A DNA stretch of 64,000 nucleotides from contig CBDBIB010000002.1 in the NCBI GenBank assembly GCA_965205945.1, positions 192,001-256,000 on the forward strand, in the 5' to 3' direction. Origin of the DNA: Bdellovibrionales bacterium. Its GTDB lineage: Bacteria > Bdellovibrionota > Bdellovibrionia > Bdellovibrionales > UBA1609. The notes under the pieces were generated by a model. That model ran no database searches. It was not told where the DNA came from and saw only the letters and a list, made by a program, of their open reading frames with translations. Positions 9,926-19,232 of this stretch are shown one piece after another (the stretch's first letter is position 1; each line of letters starts with the position of its first letter). The translations under genes were made by a program, and so were the position numbers.

Positions 9926-10225
9926 CTACGCAGCTTTAGAGATTTTAAGCTTTACCTTATACCCTAAGGCAGCAAGCACTCGAAGCATAAGGTCTGTAGA
10001 AATATCCATAGTGTTTCTGTTTAAAAGGGCCGTCATTCTGGTCCTGGAACTTCCAGCAAGCTTTGCTAATTCAGCATGGGTGATACCGCTTTTTTCCACT
10101 ATTTTGATGATTTTAGAATTAAGCTCAGATTTAAACTCAATTTCAGCTCCGTCAATAGGTGATAAACCTAGAGCTACTGCAAGCTCCTCAGCAGTCTTTG
10201 TTTTTACAGTCTTTACTCTAGCCAT
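9926..10225 (-). CDS. XRE-family HTH antitoxin (HigA-like)
   Basis: GITHAELAKLAGSSRTRMTALL HTH and C-terminal LLRVLAALG-type segment. Lies downstream of a RelE-like toxin with an 8-nt overlap. Confidence 0.85.
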   Translation of the reverse strand: MARVKTVKTKTAEELAVALGLSPIDGAEIEFKSELNSKIIKIVEKSGITHAELAKLAGSSRTRMTALLNRNTMDISTDLMLRVLAALGYKVKLKISKAA

Positions 10226-10550
10226 CTACTAACTCCTTTAGCCTCTTTTGACCCGTAGAAATCTCTTTTTGGGGAGTTTTCTGGGTTTTCTTCATAAACG
10301 CGTGAAACACTACAATTCTGTCTTTAAGACGAGTCAAGTAAAAGGTTCTGTAAATACCTGAAGTGTCTTTTACCCTAAGTTCTTCAACACCTTTTGCCAC
10401 CGACTTCATAGGCCGTGACAATGGCATAGACAGCTTTTCACCTTTTTGCAGGTCTCTAATAGCTTTACCCAGTTCCTTTTTTATAGGTTCTGGAAACTTC
10501 TTAATCGCCTTTAAGGCCGCTGGATGAAACTCTACGTCTTTCACAAGCAC
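10218..10550 (-). CDS. RelE/HigB-like (Gp49-type) toxin
   Basis: SRPMKSVAKGVEELRV, YRTFY, VFHAFMKKTQKTP. Confidence 0.9.
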   Translation of the reverse strand: MLVKDVEFHPAALKAIKKFPEPIKKELGKAIRDLQKGEKLSMPLSRPMKSVAKGVEELRVKDTSGIYRTFYLTRLKDRIVVFHAFMKKTQKTPQKEISTGQKRLKELVDG

Positions 10551-10553
10551 AGT

Positions 10554-10569
10554 GTCTCACATTTGAGAC
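10554..10569. promoter_or_regulatory. palindromic operator GTCTCA-CATT-TGAGAC upstream of the TA operon
   Basis: Perfect 6-4-6 inverted repeat 3 nt upstream of the toxin GTG. Confidence 0.65.
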
Positions 10570-10599
10570 TATAAATCAAACTTAGTTTAAAATCTCTGT

Positions 10600-10791
10600 T
10601 CATTTAGTCCTCTCCCACTCGTAGGTTTTTTTCGTGAGCTCTCGATTAAACCTTTGAATTGACCCAAGACCTCTCTGGCTTAATTTCACCGCTTCAGCCT
10701 TAAAATAGTCATAGACTCCTGAGCCCGTGACGTACATGATGCTGTAAAAAATCAACGCCATGAGCGCATTTAAAAACTCTCTAAACATCAC
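10600..10791 (-). CDS. small hypothetical membrane protein
   Basis: 63 aa with an N-terminal hydrophobic helix. Confidence 0.45.
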   Translation of the reverse strand: MMFREFLNALMALIFYSIMYVTGSGVYDYFKAEAVKLSQRGLGSIQRFNRELTKKTYEWERTK

Positions 10792-11026
10792 CGGCTTCCA
10801 CTTGTTACGTCTTTATTTTTCACCACATTTACAGTTACCCACTGGATGACTACATAGATCCTCTTCATCTCTTCACTCCTTTCAAAAAAGAATGACAAAA
10901 TGGTTGGTGAACGGCAGCTGGTCGCAATCCCCCTTAATCCGTAAATTAGGTTAAAATTGCGATCACTGCGACCAAACTCGATGAATATTGATGTATACCT
11001 GTGCATATCCGTAGAAGTTTCATGAC

Positions 11027-12185
11027 TAGACCTCCCCAAAAATACTGGACAGTTTTCTAAGTGCGAACTAAACCTACAAGGAGAGGTAAAAAGGCATGGA
11101 GAAGAAGAAAGAGGCTACAGAGTCTAAAAAAAAGTATAATACTTTTTCAGAAGAATTTAAAGAAGAAGCTGTTGAATTGGCAAATAGAGTTGGAAACAGC
11201 TAGGCATCAAGAGATCTAGGAACTACTGAAACCAGCATTAGAAATTGGAGAAAAAAGCTAAATCTAAAACTCCTGAAAGCTTATTAAAAGAGGAAAATAA
11301 GAAGTCATATAGAGAACTTGAGAAAGAAAATAAGCGTTTAAAAAAAGAGCTTGGTTGGATGGAGGAAATTAATACAGTGTTAAAAAAAAGCACAGCGATT
11401 TTCTCCTCAGATCAGATCAAAAAGTCAAAATCATGAAAGAGCTAAGTTTAACAATTCCCGTCTATTTTTTTATGCATTTTTTTTGGAGTAAGTAAGAGTA
11501 CTTTTTATTATTTAAATAATAAAAAAAGCTCAAAATCGTTTCAAAGGAAAACAAAAATAAAGGAAAAAATTAAGAGCATTTTTCAATCATCGTATAAAAC
11601 TTATGGTTCACCACGTATTTATGAGGAGTTAAAAAATAAGGGCATTTGGATAAGTGAGAACACAGTGGCTAAGTATATGGTTGAAATGGGCTTAGATGTT
11701 AGACACAAGAAGGTTTTTAAGGTTAAGACAACAGATTCAAAGCATAAGTATAAAATAGCACCAAGACTGTTTAAGGTTGAAAAAGAAGAGTCTTTGCCAA
11801 AAGATCCTGGAAGAATTCTAGCCGGCGACATAACATATTTAAGGCAAGGGACAGGGAGAAACTTTTTATACTTAGCCGTAGTAATTGATTTATTTAACCG
11901 TGAAGTTGTTGGTTGGAGTATAGGTAAAAGCTTAGAGACAAGATTGGTGTTAAAAGCACTTAAAATGGCCATAAAAAAAGTTGGCTCAAGTGCTGAAGTG
12001 ATTTTTCATTCAGATCGTGGGGTTCAATACGCTAGTGATACTTATAGACAGTTTTTAAAAAACAAAAAGATAAGACCAAGTATGAGTAGAAAAGGGAACT
12101 ACTATGATAATGCATATGTTGAAAGTTGGTTTTTAAGTTTAAAAAAAGAATTTCTATATAGAAAAAACTATACTGATCTTTTACG
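11027..12185 (+). mobile_element. IS3-family insertion sequence, inactivated and 3'-truncated
   Basis: IRL-like TAGACCTCCCCAAAAATACTGGACA. orfA starts at ATG 11096 (FSEEFKEEAVELA HTH) with an in-frame TAG at 11201 and a frameshift. A-run slippery site near 11382. orfB has TYGSPRI, GDITY, IFHSDRGVQY, YDNAYVESWF..LKKE and is cut after FLYRKNY. Confidence 0.92.
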
Positions 12186-12428
12186 GAGAGAGGGAAAACT
12201 ACAACAAGGGATTGGCCCATAAGTTTTTAATTTTTTTTATCATCTTTTTTTTGACATTTTTTAAAATAATTTCATAAGGATCTTTTTGTGGTGGAGGGAG
12301 GGGAGAAATATGATATTATTCTAGTCATAAAGATAAAAAATAATTAGTAACGCTTAGTAAAAAATCGTTACTTTAGTGAGTTTATAGAGTTCCAAATTAT
12401 GAGTGGTTTTTATATGGAGGAGAGAAAT

Positions 12429-15200
12429 ATGATAAAAACATGGTTTCGTTGTTTTTCAATTTTATTTTTAGCTTTTTTTATTTTTGGTTTTACAGTAGAA
12501 AGTCAAAAAGCTAGGGATTCTTTTGTAGATAAAAAATTCCCTGAATCACTTAATCGTTTTGCCAATGAACAATTTTATGAGAAATTAAATCGACAGAGAA
12601 TTGTTAAAAGGTTGAAAGAAGATCAGTATAAGTCTCGTCAACTTTTAAGAATAGCTTTGATTGATACTGGAGTTGAGCCTTTCCATCCTAATTTGATAGA
12701 TCAAATTGATTTTAATTTTGAAGATAAAAAAGGTCGATTAAGAATGGGAAAAGATATTATGGGACAAGATTATTTTGCTTCCTCTAATCTAATAGATCCA
12801 TCCGTATTCGCTTTTGGTGCTAAATTGCAAGGTCCTCTTATAGAGCAGTATGTAGAGAACCCTTTGGGTTTAATGAAAAAAATGAATGATCGTTTTTTAA
12901 ATATACTTATTACAGAGATGAATAGTAATCCTCAATTTGAAAATACATTATTTCGTGATAAATTCACCAGAGATTCTATGAATATCTTTGGGGCTTACAG
13001 TCTCCTTATGCCATCTAGTGATGATCCTAAATATCAAGAAAAAAAAGGCACTTTGATTAAGGGCAAACGAAATTATGCTATAAAAGATAAGGAATCGGGA
13101 AAATATTTATATAATGCAAAAGAGATTCATAATATCTACGATAGGCCCTGGTTTGTTAACTCTGAAACAGGTTTAATGGGCTTTGTACAAGGAACTTCAA
13201 ACTTGGTGCTCATAGAGAAAGGTTTTGAATTCCTTGAATTGATTTCTGAGTCCTTTCAGAAGGTGAACAATGAGTTAAAAGTTATAGACGCTATGAAAAG
13301 TTATAAAGAATTCGTAGAAAAAAGAAGTAATGGGAATTCTTTGAGTTTGAGTGAGTTTATACGTGATTTGTCTAGAATGTTGTACTATAAAAATTATGGT
13401 GTGAATAGCTTTCATCCTATTCGTGACTGGGTGGCAAACATCTATGATAGTTTGATCTCTGATCCAGAAAAAGAGCAGCGTATTTTAACCGAAAAATTCA
13501 CAGTTAAGCCTAATGAACTTTTTAAGATGGTGGAGTATGGATTTAAAAAATCGGAAGAGGTTTACCAGTTTTTAGAGAAAAATGTAGATTCATTAGAGAA
13601 AGGGATAGAAGCACCACAATTGGTTGTTGAACAATTAAAAGTGCTTGCTGAATTGTTTAAAGGTTATCGTAAAAATGCCAGCAAAAATGTCAAATTTAAC
13701 CTTGTGGATTTACTGAGTCCTCATGCAACTGTGCCTTTTAGCTCAGAGTCAAGGAGGCAATACTTTTTTGCTTATCATCCTTATATTGCCAAATCTTCTA
13801 AGAATAGTCATGGAACCCATGTAGCCTTAACCGGTAGTGTTCAAAATAAGAATTTAAGAGTGTTTCCTATAAGAGTAATAACATCTCCTGCTTACTTAAG
13901 TCCTGAGCAGCAAAAAGAAATGAAGTCTATTTTTAAGGTAGATTTTAAGAAGTGGTTAAAGCTTCCTTTAGTTATAAAGGGTTTAAAAGAGAGATTTGGT
14001 GATGTTATTGATTTTTCTTCGAAAAGTCATGGCGTGGAGTCATTAATGAGCCTTCTTAATACAACAATAGATTTGTCTTTTAAAAGGGAGATCTTAAGAT
14101 ATACAGCGAGCTCAGAGCTTATTGAAGCTATTAAGGAAGTAGGCAAACAGAAGATTAAGTTAGTCAATATTTCCTTGGGAGGAGAATTCTCTAACCATGT
14201 GTCAAGTCAATTTAAAGAAAGTGTGGAGGAAAGGGTAAGCAACTCCTATAGGTTTTTACTTTATGAGTACTATAAATTTAGAATTGGAGAGACAATTTTA
14301 AAACATGCACAGCAAACCTTATTTATTGTTGCCGCAGGAAATGAAGGCCGGTGGACAGATGGTCAATCAAGAAGTACTTTGCCAGGCAATATCTCGTCAC
14401 TTTGGCTTGCAGAGCATGAAACTTCTAAGAAAGACGTAGCTCCAAATAATAGAGTGAATAATATATTAACCGTGGGCAGTTTAGATAGGAAAGGTAAGGC
14501 GTTGTCTCCTTTTACAAACATTCCCGTTTACACTCGAAATCTTATTTTTGCCCGCGGAGAGACAGTTCTAGCTGCAGGAGTAGCATATGATAGCCTTATT
14601 ATGCAAGAGATAATGGAACATGCACTTCCAGGAGCTGTCAATCGTGCTTCTACTTTAGATCTGAATGAGGATTTAATAAAACAATTTTTGGTAAAAAAAG
14701 GGTATTTAACTAGACAAGAGGCTAGTGATTCTAGAAAATTTCACAGCCAGAAAAGATTATTTGAGAATTATATTAGGGTTAGTCATGATACTTTGAAAAT
14801 TCAGACAGTCCATCTTTTAAACAAGTACCGTCCAAATACTATGTCAATGACAGGAACTTCTATGGCTGCCCCCAGTGTTTGGGGTTATATAGCCAACTTT
14901 GTACAGAAAGAAATGGTGAAAAGAGGTTTATCTAGCGAAGAGGTTTGGTTTCATAAGGATTTTAGCCCTAAAGAGTTAATAAGAGAGGTGAAATCCAGAA
15001 CGGTTGGCTTAGGGGGTTATTCTAAGAGCCCTTATCGCTTATTACCAGAAAAGGAGATTAATAGAGTCAAAAGGGACAAAGGCGGAGCTGCTATAATGAA
15101 ATATATCCAGATTCAGCAGGAAAAGGTTAAAGCGGCTAATGAAGTATTGTTTACTAGTGCTTTAAAAAGAAAAGTGATTACGTGTAAGAGTTTTTTGTAG
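12429..15200 (+). CDS. secreted S8 (subtilisin-like) serine protease with large insertions
   Basis: RBS GGAGG before ATG 12429 (ORF track starts at 12399). Signal peptide, IALIDTG, SHGTHVA, VNISLG, AAGNEG, GTSMAAP. Confidence 0.88.
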   Translation: MIKTWFRCFSILFLAFFIFGFTVESQKARDSFVDKKFPESLNRFANEQFYEKLNRQRIVKRLKEDQYKSRQLLRIALIDTGVEPFHPNLIDQIDFNFEDKKGRLRMGKDIMGQDYFASSNLIDPSVFAFGAKLQGPLIEQYVENPLGLMKKMNDRFLNILITEMNSNPQFENTLFRDKFTRDSMNIFGAYSLLMPSSDDPKYQEKKGTLIKGKRNYAIKDKESGKYLYNAKEIHNIYDRPWFVNSETGLMGFVQGTSNLVLIEKGFEFLELISESFQKVNNELKVIDAMKSYKEFVEKRSNGNSLSLSEFIRDLSRMLYYKNYGVNSFHPIRDWVANIYDSLISDPEKEQRILTEKFTVKPNELFKMVEYGFKKSEEVYQFLEKNVDSLEKGIEAPQLVVEQLKVLAELFKGYRKNASKNVKFNLVDLLSPHATVPFSSESRRQYFFAYHPYIAKSSKNSHGTHVALTGSVQNKNLRVFPIRVITSPAYLSPEQQKEMKSIFKVDFKKWLKLPLVIKGLKERFGDVIDFSSKSHGVESLMSLLNTTIDLSFKREILRYTASSELIEAIKEVGKQKIKLVNISLGGEFSNHVSSQFKESVEERVSNSYRFLLYEYYKFRIGETILKHAQQTLFIVAAGNEGRWTDGQSRSTLPGNISSLWLAEHETSKKDVAPNNRVNNILTVGSLDRKGKALSPFTNIPVYTRNLIFARGETVLAAGVAYDSLIMQEIMEHALPGAVNRASTLDLNEDLIKQFLVKKGYLTRQEASDSRKFHSQKRLFENYIRVSHDTLKIQTVHLLNKYRPNTMSMTGTSMAAPSVWGYIANFVQKEMVKRGLSSEEVWFHKDFSPKELIREVKSRTVGLGGYSKSPYRLLPEKEINRVKRDKGGAAIMKYIQIQQEKVKAANEVLFTSALKRKVITCKSFL

Positions 15201-15329
15201 GAGAGATGAAAAAATTATTACTAGGGTGCAGTCTAATGTACTACTAACCTGAGTTCAAACTTTTAAAATCTGCTATAATACTTATTTTCGTAGGTTTGAA
15301 TACGGGTTGATAGTTTAAAAGAGCAGCTC

Positions 15330-15718
15330 TAGATGAAGCAGATGGAGAAATTTTATCAATGTGTTTAAGTGAAAAATCTTTTAACGATAATCAAGTTTTT
15401 GATGATTTAGTTGAAGGCTTGAGAGAGTGAAATTTCAGACATCAGTACTCGTGGAGCTTATGATGATTCAAAGATTTATAATAAGTGTGAAGAGCTAGGA
15501 ATAAATTCGTTAATACTCTAAAGAGAAATTCAAAGTTAAAACAGTATGGAAACAGCAAAGCTAAGCTTATAAAGCGAGATGAGGTTTTAAGAAATATAAA
15601 AAAATTAAAGCGATGGAGATTAGAATCTGTTTACTTAAGAAGATTAATTTCTCAAACGGCTATGTACAGTTTTAGGAATATTTTTGGAGGAACTTTAAGC
15701 TTTAGAGGATTTTAGAGT
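15330..15718 (+). mobile_element. IS5-family (IS903 group) transposase remnant
   Basis: Frameshifted translation DEADGEILSM..., GAYDD..IY, RWRLESVY.RRLISQTAMYSF..IFGG.L. Similar to the copy at 58179-59293. Confidence 0.8.
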
Positions 15719-16410
15719 GAGCCTGTAAATTAAATTGTGTAACTGCTTAACAGTGTACTAGGATTAAGCACTCTAAGGAGTAAGCAGAATGAACATAGAA
15801 GAAATAGGCAAAGAACTTTCTAAGAAAGTAAAAACACAAAAAGATTTACTAGATATTACAGGTCAACTTATGAAAGTTGTTTTAGAATCTGCTCTAAACA
15901 TAGAGTTAAATGATCGTTTAGGGTATTCTAAAAATACTAAATCTGAATTTAGAAAAGTTAACGCTAGAAATGGTTTTAGTAAAAAAATGATTAAGGGCGA
16001 AAAAGGTGAGCTTAAACTCTAGCCTCTCTATCACGGAGAGTCTAGCTTTGAGCCACAAATTGTTCCTAAAAGTAAAACTCGGATGCAAGGTTTTTAAGAA
16101 AAATATTTTAGCTTTATACTCTGCATAGTGGTTAAAGTTTATTAAAACAATAGAGTGATAAACAAAGCTATTTATCTTGCTCTAGGTTTAATGGGGCTTT
16201 GGGTTTTGAGAAAATGAAGGGGCAAAATTCTGGCTTAACGTTTTAACTGATCTAGAAAACAAAGGTCTAAAAGATGTTTTTATTTTTTTGAATTGATGGG
16301 CTCATAGGCTTCCCAGAGACCATAGCAGTAGCGTAGTCGAAGTCTAAGATTCAACTTTGCATTGTTTCATGCAAATTAGGAACTCCCTTGGGAACGTGCT
16401 GTTTAAAAAA
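15719..16410 (+). mobile_element. IS256-family remnant (left end plus fragmented transposase)
   Basis: End sequence GAGCCTGTAAATTAAATTGTGTAAC. Fragments ESALNIEL..RLGY, RNGFSKK, SFEPQIVPK, EGAKFWLNVLTDL.NKGLKDV, DGL.GFPE, IQLCIV, with stops and deletions. Confidence 0.88.
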
Positions 16411-16481
16411 CTGATTAATTTTATGTTGGCAGATGAGGCGTTTTTGTTTAGAATATGAGAAATATAACAAAGGGGAGTAGG

Positions 16482-17981
16482 ATGTCTTTTATTGAGGATT
16501 TAAGGAAACAATTTTTAATTTTTACAGAAGATCATATGATTAATATGATTATCGCTTTAATTTTTTTAGTCATTGGGATAGCTTTAATATATGTAGCAGT
16601 ATTAATATTAAAAAAGCTTATCTTTCCAATGCTAAAACTGAATTACTATTTTGGTAAACTTATGGGAAGAACTGAGCCACTATTTAATTTAGAGAAGTCC
16701 TTGATAAGAATATTCTTTATAATTTCTATTCTTACTATTTTTGCGTTAGCAGCTCAATTTGCTCAAGTAGATTATTTTATAGATATTTTTAATAATATTT
16801 TTACATGGATCGGGACTTTGGTGATTTTAACATTAAATGCATTAAGGCCTATAGCATTAGCACTTATATTTTCTTACTTGGTTCGTGCAGGGATTGTATG
16901 GTTTGGACACAAGGTGAAATTAGATGATCGTATAGGACAAAGACTTAATACTGGTGATGTAATTTCATTTAGTTTAACAAAGAGTATATCAGAAATAGCA
17001 TATGGCGTTGTATTTTTATATTTTCTTCCTGAAATTCTTAAAGGTATCGGGTTAGAGCAGCTGAGTGGACCTATTACAAAAATGTTTGAAGAAGTTGTAT
17101 CTTTTTTTCCAAGGCTTATTGTTGCAGGAATTATAGTTTTTCTGGGCTGGTTTGTGGCTAGACTTGTAAGGCAAACAGTTGAGAGTTTATTGGTTTCAAT
17201 GGGTGTTGATGGTGCTATTAAAAAGGTATTTGGTAAGAATGTTTTAGGCTCTTTAAAGATCTCTAAGATTATACCTACAATTATATACATGTTTATTATA
17301 GTTTTAGCGGTTATTCAAGCATTAGGAAAACTAAAGCTTGAAACCTTAACAGCACCAATTGAAAAACTCTTAAACTCTGCAGTTCAAGGTTTACCAACAG
17401 TAGTTTTTGCGGTGCTTTCAGTTTTAGGAGCTATGTATATTGGAGGTGTTATCTCTAATTTTGTATCAGGGCTTTTAAAAGATGTTGGTTTTGATAATAT
17501 TTATACAAAGCTGGGTCTATCAGAAATTAAAACAGGTGTTAAAACTCCATCAGAAATTATTGGATTTTTAGTGTCAACAGCTTTGGTGGTTATTATCACC
17601 ATGCAGGCTTTAGGAAGTTTAGGGTTTAATAATTTATCTGAAATTTTAAATACGCTTATATATAGATTTATTGATGTAATGGTAGGTATGTTTGTTTTTG
17701 GTATTGGCCTTTATGTAGCTAAGAAAGTTTCTTCTTGGGTTGAACAAGCTACTCAAGTACATTATGGTAAATTTTTAGCACTGGTGTCTAAATTTGTAAT
17801 CATTGTTATTTCTGGAGCCATGGCTCTTCAGCAAGTTGGAATTGCAGATGAAATTGTTAAAATAGCTTTTGCTCTTGCTATGGGTTCTATTGCTTTAGGA
17901 ACTGCAATAGCAATAGGTTTAGGCTCTAAAGATATAGCTGGTGAAGTTATAAGAGACTTTGTTTCTAAATTTAGAAAATAA
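16482..17981 (+). CDS. multi-TM membrane protein with TM-helix repeats (CmpX / mechanosensitive-channel-associated type)
   Basis: RBS GGGGAG before ATG 16482. Repeated P.LI.A..I...GW..A units. C-terminal A.AIGLGSKD.A. Confidence 0.75.
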   Translation: MSFIEDLRKQFLIFTEDHMINMIIALIFLVIGIALIYVAVLILKKLIFPMLKLNYYFGKLMGRTEPLFNLEKSLIRIFFIISILTIFALAAQFAQVDYFIDIFNNIFTWIGTLVILTLNALRPIALALIFSYLVRAGIVWFGHKVKLDDRIGQRLNTGDVISFSLTKSISEIAYGVVFLYFLPEILKGIGLEQLSGPITKMFEEVVSFFPRLIVAGIIVFLGWFVARLVRQTVESLLVSMGVDGAIKKVFGKNVLGSLKISKIIPTIIYMFIIVLAVIQALGKLKLETLTAPIEKLLNSAVQGLPTVVFAVLSVLGAMYIGGVISNFVSGLLKDVGFDNIYTKLGLSEIKTGVKTPSEIIGFLVSTALVVIITMQALGSLGFNNLSEILNTLIYRFIDVMVGMFVFGIGLYVAKKVSSWVEQATQVHYGKFLALVSKFVIIVISGAMALQQVGIADEIVKIAFALAMGSIALGTAIAIGLGSKDIAGEVIRDFVSKFRK

Positions 17982-18013
17982 AAGATATTAAGATTTTTAA
18001 AAATTAGAAACAA

Positions 18014-18046
18014 AAAAAATCGTAACTTTTTAGGTTACGATTTTTT
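18014..18046. terminator. bidirectional intrinsic terminator
   Basis: AAAAAATCGTAAC-TTTTTAG-GTTACGATTTTTT between convergent genes, overlapping the stop at 18035. Confidence 0.7.
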
Positions 18047-18769
18047 AATTAATTTTTTAATGAATTCTTTTTGAGTTCTTAAATGATCAGGGATTTTATA
18101 TCCTGGCTTGATTAAAGAAGTTATAAAATTCTTAGCCTTAACAAGCTTGTCCTGAGTAATATATAAATCTATTAAAGCTTGAACCACAGTAATTTGATAT
18201 ATTTCAGGTTCAGCCTTGATAAGCTTTAAGAAGATATTTTCAGCATCACTAAGATCTTGAGTTTGAGTTAAAGATTTTCCATATGAGAATAAAGTAAGCT
18301 TATCATCTCCTCCACTTAGAAAGTATTTTTTAAGATATTTAGTACTATCAACAAATCTTTTTTGTCTAAATAAAAGCATGCCCATTTTTTGATTTACATC
18401 AGTATTGTCGGGATATTTTTTTAGGAAAATAGTATACATTTTTTCAGCTTGGATTAAAAGACTCTTTTTAAAAGACATATCACCTAAAGAAAGTGCTTGA
18501 TTTGGAGAAATAGTTCCTAAAACTCTAGAAATTTCTAAGGGAGTAACTTTAATAGATTCTTTTCCCCATTTTGCCGTATGAATAAAACTAGTTATTAAAA
18601 AAAGAGACAAGCCTATTATAACGTAACTAGAACTCTTATTTTTTTTAAATTCAAATTTAGTTTGAGATGTGCTTCGGCTATACCCACAGGTACAAATTAC
18701 CATTTCTTCATCCATGCGCTCTACAGGGATGAGTGCTTCACAATCAGGGCAAATTTCTTGTTGTAACAT
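18035..18769 (-). CDS. Zn-ribbon + TM helix + TPR-like protein
   Basis: RBS AAGGAG before ATG 18769 (ORF track starts at 18841). CPDC...CTCG, a hydrophobic segment, then TPR-like helices. Confidence 0.7.
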   Translation of the reverse strand: MLQQEICPDCEALIPVERMDEEMVICTCGYSRSTSQTKFEFKKNKSSSYVIIGLSLFLITSFIHTAKWGKESIKVTPLEISRVLGTISPNQALSLGDMSFKKSLLIQAEKMYTIFLKKYPDNTDVNQKMGMLLFRQKRFVDSTKYLKKYFLSGGDDKLTLFSYGKSLTQTQDLSDAENIFLKLIKAEPEIYQITVVQALIDLYITQDKLVKAKNFITSLIKPGYKIPDHLRTQKEFIKKLIKKS

Positions 18770-19232
18770 AATGTTTCTCCTTTGATGTTTATTTCTACAT
18801 TTAAAGAGGAAAGCAAAATAGGGGCAAAGCTTTAATGCCATTAATTTAGATTTGAGAAGTTTTAGCAGGAAAATTTTTCAAAAATAAGCCTTAAAATTGT
18901 TATTCATTGGCCGTTTATTTTTCAGGATTTAATTAAAAGATCATAAAAAAGTAGAAATAACCTTTTATAAGAATCAGTTTTATTAACAAGTTTAATTTTA
19001 AAAAACTAGCAAACAAAGGGTTTAGGAAATTAGTGGCCATAAGAAATCTGAATTTTATTAGATTATATGAGGTTTATTGAAAATATGTGGGAGTCAGAGA
19101 AAGGGTATTTATAAACGTTTTTTGATGTTTTAAAAATTAAATTACTAAAATAAGAGAGGCTATGTGTAATCAAGCCAAGTTTTAATTAAAGGTTTTCTTG
19201 TCTAATTTTATAGACAAGCTATAATAAAGCCT

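Larger units (their letters stand above)
7287..11026. mobile_element. decayed prophage or integrative-element remnant at tRNA-Val
   Basis: Begins at the tRNA 3' end. Contains short direct repeats (TGTGCAT x2, GTGGGA x2), a phage-type replication gene pair, a TA module and gene fragments. No integrase or attR copy seen. Right boundary is set by the IS3 end. Confidence 0.65.

Noticed and set aside
10788..11039. 83-aa minus-strand ORF
   Set aside because: Its start lies inside the IS3 end. At most a 26-aa ORF from the ATG near 10868 is plausible.
11201..11203. In-frame TAG codons as stop-codon reassignment or pyrrolysine
   Set aside because: They occur only in IS pseudogenes that also carry frameshifts, and TAG terminates normal genes such as guaA and uvrC
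18808..18841. Sigma54 promoter for the TPR gene (minus strand)
   Set aside because: TGGCA..TTGC spacing is N12 rather than N10, and the alternative register lacks the -24 GG
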